A stretch of DNA of 64,000 nucleotides from Escherichia phage vB_EcoM_phAPEC6, in the sequence record MK817115.1, one strand, 5' to 3'. The notes beneath the pieces were generated by a model. That model searched no databases and was not told where the DNA came from. It saw only the letters and a program-made list of their open reading frames with translations. Below, in pieces: positions 59,150 to 64,000 of this stretch (position 1 is the first letter of the stretch; each line of letters begins with the position of its first letter). The position numbers and the translations under genes were made by a program.

Positions 59150-59957
59150 TCATGTTCAATTCAATTTCAATTTGACGTGTATGTGATGGCGTAAAGCCAT
59201 GCATTTCAAGTAAATCATCACGTATATTTCGAACATTTTTCTCACTATTCAATATAGAACGAAAACTATTGTTTACGAATGATGTATAGTAAGAGAAAGG
59301 ATTTAGCTGAACTGCTGGTTTATCTTTTTTATAAAGAATGCTCTCTTTAAAGAGAAGTGCGTTTTTAACTAATTGTATTCTTGCATCACCCATCATTTCA
59401 TCTAAGTATGTATAGTTTCTGTAATTAGATTTGTGTGAGATTTCCTCTGCAAGTTTAATGAACATCTTCCCAAGTTCATTTGTAATTTTACCATGAACAG
59501 TACTGAATTCACCAGTTTCAAGGTCGCCTTTCCAGTGAGAACGACAAACTTCATAGAGAATACCTTCATTATCTACAATATAATGCTTGAATGGTTCAAA
59601 GTTAACTCTAGTATCTGGTGGAATATGTTCATCTGTAATAACACGAATAACAACTTCATCAATTGGAACGTCAGTGATAACTAAATTGTGTTCATCTGCA
59701 TATTCTTTAGCTTTTTTAGCACTCATATTTTCCTTTTCACGAATACTATCAAGCATTTCATTGTTCAGTCGTTTAATTCGTGCTGCCTTAGCTTTTTCTA
59801 GTAACTCAGCAGTAATTTCTGACTCATGAAAAACAATATAATCATACATACTATATGATTTGTCTAATAACCAGCAATATGAAATTTTACTTTTTTGTAT
59901 TTCACGAAGTAAATCAGCATTATTGAGATACTTTTTACGCTTTGGTCTATTTGTCAT
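59118..59957 (-). CDS. 55: Late-transcription sigma factor (T4 gp55 equivalent), extended
   Basis: 279 aa; KRKKYLNNADLLREI resembles the gp55 N-terminus as recalled; sits next to the gp47/gp46 genes; own early-type promoter. Confidence 0.5.
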   Translation of the reverse strand: MTNRPKRKKYLNNADLLREIQKSKISYCWLLDKSYSMYDYIVFHESEITAELLEKAKAARIKRLNNEMLDSIREKENMSAKKAKEYADEHNLVITDVPIDEVVIRVITDEHIPPDTRVNFEPFKHYIVDNEGILYEVCRSHWKGDLETGEFSTVHGKITNELGKMFIKLAEEISHKSNYRNYTYLDEMMGDARIQLVKNALLFKESILYKKDKPAVQLNPFSYYTSFVNNSFRSILNSEKNVRNIRDDLLEMHGFTPSHTRQIEIELNMIERKNEDGSV

Positions 59958-60014
59958 TGTATTTTACTCTCCATGTTTAAATCCAATAGGTACAATCCTT
60001 GTACCATCAATGTT

Positions 60015-60043
60015 ATTATAGCACCAAAAAGCAGTTTGTCCCA
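60015..60043 (-). promoter_or_regulatory. Early-type promoter, TGGGAC-N17-TATAAT with GTGC before the -10
   Basis: Read on the minus strand; upstream of the gp55 gene and divergent from the late TATAAATA at 60046. Confidence 0.5.
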
Positions 60044-60045
60044 CG

Positions 60046-60053
60046 TATAAATA
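60046..60053 (+). promoter_or_regulatory. Late promoter box TATAAATA
   Basis: Exact match about 35 nt upstream of the ATG at 60089. Confidence 0.6.
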
Positions 60054-60088
60054 CATCAAATGTTCCCTTATTATGGAGAATCAAAAAG

Positions 60089-60820
60089 ATGATTGATCGT
60101 AGAATTCGATTACGACCTAAAGCCGCAGGTGCTAACTATGTATATGGTGATTTTGGAGATAGCTCCGAACCAACTCTACTTTCGTTTCTGCGTCCAACTA
60201 ATGGGTTGGTTTGGACTGTAACACCAACAATTACTGAACAAAGGTCAATTCAGTATGAAACACAGTCCCCTATACATACTAACAGTAACTATAACAACTA
60301 TAAGAACACTACTAATACAGTTTTCACGATTCAGGGTGAATTTTATGCGAATACAGCAGCAGAAGCTATGTATGCGTTGGCATGTGTTCATTTTATACGT
60401 TCTGTTTCGTTGATGGATTTTGGTAGACAAGCTGCTTCGGCTAATAACCCCGAACTCGCAATTGCAGGTGCACCACCACCAATCTTACTTCTAAGTGGAT
60501 ATGGTCGTTATACATATAATGATATTCCTGTTATTTTAAAATCTTATAATTTTACTTACCCAAATGATGTTTCTTATATTCAAGTTCCGTTGAATAGTAG
60601 CGATAGTACTTTTAATTTATCCGACATGGATAGTAGAAAATTCTTCGAACAACTTAGAAGTACTGGATATATGAACCCACAAGATGAAGTTTGGGTTCCA
60701 CAAAAAATCTCAGTTATGTTACAACTTGAAGAACAACCAACATCGGATTATATGACTAAAACGTTCAACCTCAATGCATTCAAACGTGGTGAACTATTAC
60801 GTAAAGGAGGATTCATTTAA
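60089..60820 (+). CDS. Hypothetical late structural protein (baseplate module)
   Basis: Start at ATG 60089 (GGAGAA SD) downstream of exact TATAAATA at 60046-60053; the ORF track extends 90 nt further upstream. Confidence 0.45.
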   Translation: MIDRRIRLRPKAAGANYVYGDFGDSSEPTLLSFLRPTNGLVWTVTPTITEQRSIQYETQSPIHTNSNYNNYKNTTNTVFTIQGEFYANTAAEAMYALACVHFIRSVSLMDFGRQAASANNPELAIAGAPPPILLLSGYGRYTYNDIPVILKSYNFTYPNDVSYIQVPLNSSDSTFNLSDMDSRKFFEQLRSTGYMNPQDEVWVPQKISVMLQLEEQPTSDYMTKTFNLNAFKRGELLRKGGFI

Positions 60821-61134
60821 TGTCCAACTATAGTCAATACTCACCTTACGCTAAGGTGAAACAAACATGGTATCTTGGGTATACTTTACCACGTGATATT
60901 GTTCCGGCTGATACTGATGATTTTTATGAGATCCCATTGAAATATGAATATCAACCTTGGCGTTTAGCATACGAAATGTATGGTAATGAACGCTTATATT
61001 ATATTTTCGCATTGTTAAATCCAGACATACTAGGAGAAGATCCTATATATAATTTTAAAAGTGGAGTAACAATTAGAATACCAGCAAATCAAAGAGTACA
61101 GAATTATCTTAATGGTACTCGAAACATAGGCTAA
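60820..61134 (+). CDS. LysM-like small baseplate protein (gp53/tail-protein-X-like)
   Basis: 104 aa; YYIFALLNPDILGEDPIYNFKSGVTIRIP fits the LysM-like pattern. Confidence 0.4.
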   Translation: MSNYSQYSPYAKVKQTWYLGYTLPRDIVPADTDDFYEIPLKYEYQPWRLAYEMYGNERLYYIFALLNPDILGEDPIYNFKSGVTIRIPANQRVQNYLNGTRNIG

Positions 61135-61145
61135 TGGAGTAACGT

Positions 61146-63395
61146 ATGGCAGATTTACGAAGTACAGTTGATAATTTTCAAAATGATATTACAAGTATTA
61201 CTGGTAAGGCTAAAACCACCACATCTAATGCACTTGATAGTTTGAAAGCTACAGCAAATACATTACAAAATGATGTAAAAACTATTACAAAAAATAATTA
61301 CAAAGCAAATGTAAGTAATGTAGTATCATTACCAAAACAAAGTGCTAGTGTTGATCAAGTTTATGAAGATCTCGATTTAAGTCAGTTTGTAATACCGTAT
61401 GACAATAAATTATTGAAATATGATAACCCAACTTGGCACTTTTGTTTATTTGCCTTAGATAAAGATGATTTTAAAAACTTTTGGCTTTACCCAGATGCAG
61501 AAGTGCAACGACATGTGATATCAGAAAGTGGTGTTACTGGCAAATATAATATCACTAGTGTACAAATGACACAAGCTGGACCTTCAACACCAGGAATGAC
61601 AACAAACTATTGTTTTAATACAGCAGTACTTAATATGTCTGAAAATAATAGTATGAGTCTATATGATGAATTAATTTCGTTAAGTAACAAACTTAGATAT
61701 CATAAATTTATGGACTTGCCATTGATCTTGGAATTAAAGTTTATTGGCTTTAATAAAAATGGAATACCTGAAATTATCCCAGAAACAACAAGACGCTGGT
61801 CAGTTAAAATTAATAGTGTTACTGCAAGTGCTTCACAAAGTGGTAGTACTATGATGTATACTATGAACTTAGTTCATAATAGAGCAGCTTTAGTTGATAA
61901 CATTGAATGGACCTTAAAAGAACCATTCAATTGTACTGCTGAAAACTTTGGTGACTTCTGTTTTGATTTAGAAGATAAATTAAATCAGATGGCTGACCAA
62001 CAATATGGTTATCTTAGATATAAATTTGGTGAATTATCCGAAGGTAAATTTTTCGAATTTAAAGTAGCACCAGATTTGCAAGATTTGTTTATAAACTATG
62101 ATTCTAAACAAATGGCAGAGGCCGGAACAACTAAAAGTGGTGCACAAGGTTCTAAAAACTTTTCATGGAACCCAAGTACTCCTATATCTCGAATTATTGA
62201 TGACGTTATTGATACATGTACTGTACAAGCCGATGATAGTACTAGTGTGCGTCAATTTGTAAACATTATACCAGTTAAACAATACGTTGGTTTTGATAAT
62301 TATCGTAATACTTCTGTTTATAAAGTAATTTTTTATATTGTTAGATTTAAAATAGGTGATATTGTTCATGAATCGGATTTACAACCTGAAAATTTCACAT
62401 TTGAGTACTTTTTTGAGAACGCAGAAAAATACGTAGATCCTAATGATCAAAAACCAAAAATAAACATGAAAACTTATAATTATCAATTTAGTGGACTTAA
62501 TAGTGAGATACTTGATTTGGATTTGAAATTTGATCAGCAATTTTTCGTAGCCACTACACGTAACCCTGGTCCGATACAAGATGTAGCGAACCATGCAGGT
62601 ACACATACATCCCAAGAACTCAATATTCAAGGTGTACAATACAATAGTATACCAGACGCATGGGCAAAAACAAGTGATTTACGTGTAACTCGTGATTTAG
62701 GAGGGATGTTAACACAAGCCCAACAACAATTGTTAACTGAAGTTGAAACTTTAGCAAAAAATCAAATGCAGGTTGGTAACGCAGAAGAACAAGACCGTTA
62801 TAATAACTATCAAGTCAATGTTTTACCTCAATATATTGAAGATTATGTAACCACTTATGAAGAAAACGATGGTGGCACTGATGGTGTTGGTCACCGTTAT
62901 GGTGAAGTGTTCACAATGCCAACCGAAGCAACTAACAATGAAACAACTTTATCCGCTTCGTTAAACGATAACAGCAGCACATATGAAATGGATAGACGTA
63001 AAATACGTGACAACTATTACAATAGACCTTTTTTGTGTAAACTCGATATGCGTGTAGTAGGCGACCCGTACTGGTTAGGGTGGAGTGATTACTCTTACTT
63101 ACAATATCTAGAACAAGTAATTAATGGTGAAGATATGGAAATTAACCCAGATGATTATCATGTAGCAAATTATATAACATCTGAAGCGTATCTATTACTA
63201 AAATTACAACCAGTAATATCAATAAATGATAACACTGGTGTTTTGGATATTAATACACCAACCACATTTAACCAAACAATTTATCGTGTTAATAAAATTG
63301 TTCATGATTTTGGTGCAGGTGGTTCTTTTACACAACAAATTCAAGCTGCAATTGTAATTCGTGCACTCAAACGTCACGATAGTATAGTTGATTAA
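61146..63395 (+). CDS. Hypothetical large structural protein (baseplate module)
   Basis: 749 aa; in a late operon between the LysM-like gene and the gp5-like gene. Confidence 0.4.
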   Translation: MADLRSTVDNFQNDITSITGKAKTTTSNALDSLKATANTLQNDVKTITKNNYKANVSNVVSLPKQSASVDQVYEDLDLSQFVIPYDNKLLKYDNPTWHFCLFALDKDDFKNFWLYPDAEVQRHVISESGVTGKYNITSVQMTQAGPSTPGMTTNYCFNTAVLNMSENNSMSLYDELISLSNKLRYHKFMDLPLILELKFIGFNKNGIPEIIPETTRRWSVKINSVTASASQSGSTMMYTMNLVHNRAALVDNIEWTLKEPFNCTAENFGDFCFDLEDKLNQMADQQYGYLRYKFGELSEGKFFEFKVAPDLQDLFINYDSKQMAEAGTTKSGAQGSKNFSWNPSTPISRIIDDVIDTCTVQADDSTSVRQFVNIIPVKQYVGFDNYRNTSVYKVIFYIVRFKIGDIVHESDLQPENFTFEYFFENAEKYVDPNDQKPKINMKTYNYQFSGLNSEILDLDLKFDQQFFVATTRNPGPIQDVANHAGTHTSQELNIQGVQYNSIPDAWAKTSDLRVTRDLGGMLTQAQQQLLTEVETLAKNQMQVGNAEEQDRYNNYQVNVLPQYIEDYVTTYEENDGGTDGVGHRYGEVFTMPTEATNNETTLSASLNDNSSTYEMDRRKIRDNYYNRPFLCKLDMRVVGDPYWLGWSDYSYLQYLEQVINGEDMEINPDDYHVANYITSEAYLLLKLQPVISINDNTGVLDINTPTTFNQTIYRVNKIVHDFGAGGSFTQQIQAAIVIRALKRHDSIVD

Positions 63396-63408
63396 GGAAT
63401 AAAATATT

Positions 63409-63999
63409 ATGGCAGATACAAGTAAAAAGTATGCACAACAGCAGTTGGGTCGTTTTGACCCATCTTATCCGCAGTTAGCAACTGTTATGGATAACAGAGA
63501 TCCAACTAAATCAGGAAAACTGAAAGTTTGGATACAAGGTTCTCAAAGTGATAAAAACTCAAAAGAATCATGGATAGAAGCATCTTACATGTCTCCTTTT
63601 GCTGGTAAAACACCAGGTATTCCAAGTGCTGATGCATATGGTCAATATCCAAAAGGATACGGTTTTTGGGCAGTACCACCAGACGTAGGGTGTACAGTTG
63701 TTGTAATTTTTGCACAAGCCCGTACATTCCAAGCATATTGGATTGGTTGTGTATATGACCAGCGTATGAATACTATGGTTCCAGGTATGGCAACTGAAGT
63801 AAGTAATTATGGTGGAACTGATATGCCACTTCCTGTTACTGACTATGATCGTAACACTATCACTACCGATATGCAAGACAAATATGCTAACGTTCCAATT
63901 ATCGCAGGTCTTAAAAAGCAAAACCTTTTATATGACGAAGAAGCTGGGTTGGCGAATCGTAGTAGTACTCGACAAACCACCAGTACTGTATATGGTATG
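63409..63999 (+). CDS. 5: Baseplate central spike protein, gp5-like N-terminal part (runs off the right edge)
   Basis: Open frame from ATG 63409 (AAGGA SD) to the window end; DPTKSGKLKVWIQG matches the OB-fold motif of gp5/VgrG-type spikes. Confidence 0.5.
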   Translation, partial: MADTSKKYAQQQLGRFDPSYPQLATVMDNRDPTKSGKLKVWIQGSQSDKNSKESWIEASYMSPFAGKTPGIPSADAYGQYPKGYGFWAVPPDVGCTVVVIFAQARTFQAYWIGCVYDQRMNTMVPGMATEVSNYGGTDMPLPVTDYDRNTITTDMQDKYANVPIIAGLKKQNLLYDEEAGLANRSSTRQTTSTVYGM

Positions 64000-64000
64000 T

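Noticed and set aside
63506-63921. Two minus-strand ORFs (76 and 117 aa)
   Set aside because: Antisense to the gp5-like plus-strand frame, which has an SD and the conserved spike motif.

Overview
This window reads as a densely packed, AT-rich segment of a T4-like (Tevenvirinae-type) myovirus genome, identified from protein motifs in the supplied translations; no database search was run. Most genes are on the minus strand. Recognisable modules: nucleotide metabolism (frd, nrdA, nrdB), replication (DNA polymerase gp43, primase gp61, helicase gp41, SSB gp32, Dda, FEN-type RNase H plus a second RnhA-type RNase H, sliding-clamp-like protein), recombination and repair (uvsX, uvsY, uvsW, DexA-like exonuclease, gp46/gp47, EndoVII-like), packaging and head morphogenesis (TerL, portal, prohead core proteins, protease, scaffold, gp23-like major capsid protein), a tail fibre with its assembly chaperone, late sigma factor gp55, and the start of a baseplate module ending in a partial gp5-like spike. 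Gene order is strongly rearranged relative to T4. Two promoter classes recur: an early-type TGrGAC-N17-TATAAT motif, usually with GTGC immediately 5' of the -10 (7 minus-strand sites), and exact T4-type late TATAAATA boxes. The most interesting feature is an ORF-free region of about 0.8 kb (54600-55433) in which one of these early-type promoters and a strong intrinsic terminator bracket about 450 nt of hairpin-rich sequence, a candidate structured ncRNA. Other notable items are a tandem pair of T-holin-like genes (the second frameshifted), a GIY-YIG/T5orf172-like gene cluster with a perfect sigma70 promoter next to the capsid gene, and a gp32 with a Pro/Ala/Thr-rich rather than acidic C-terminal tail. 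No CRISPR array, tRNA, transposase or intron was found.
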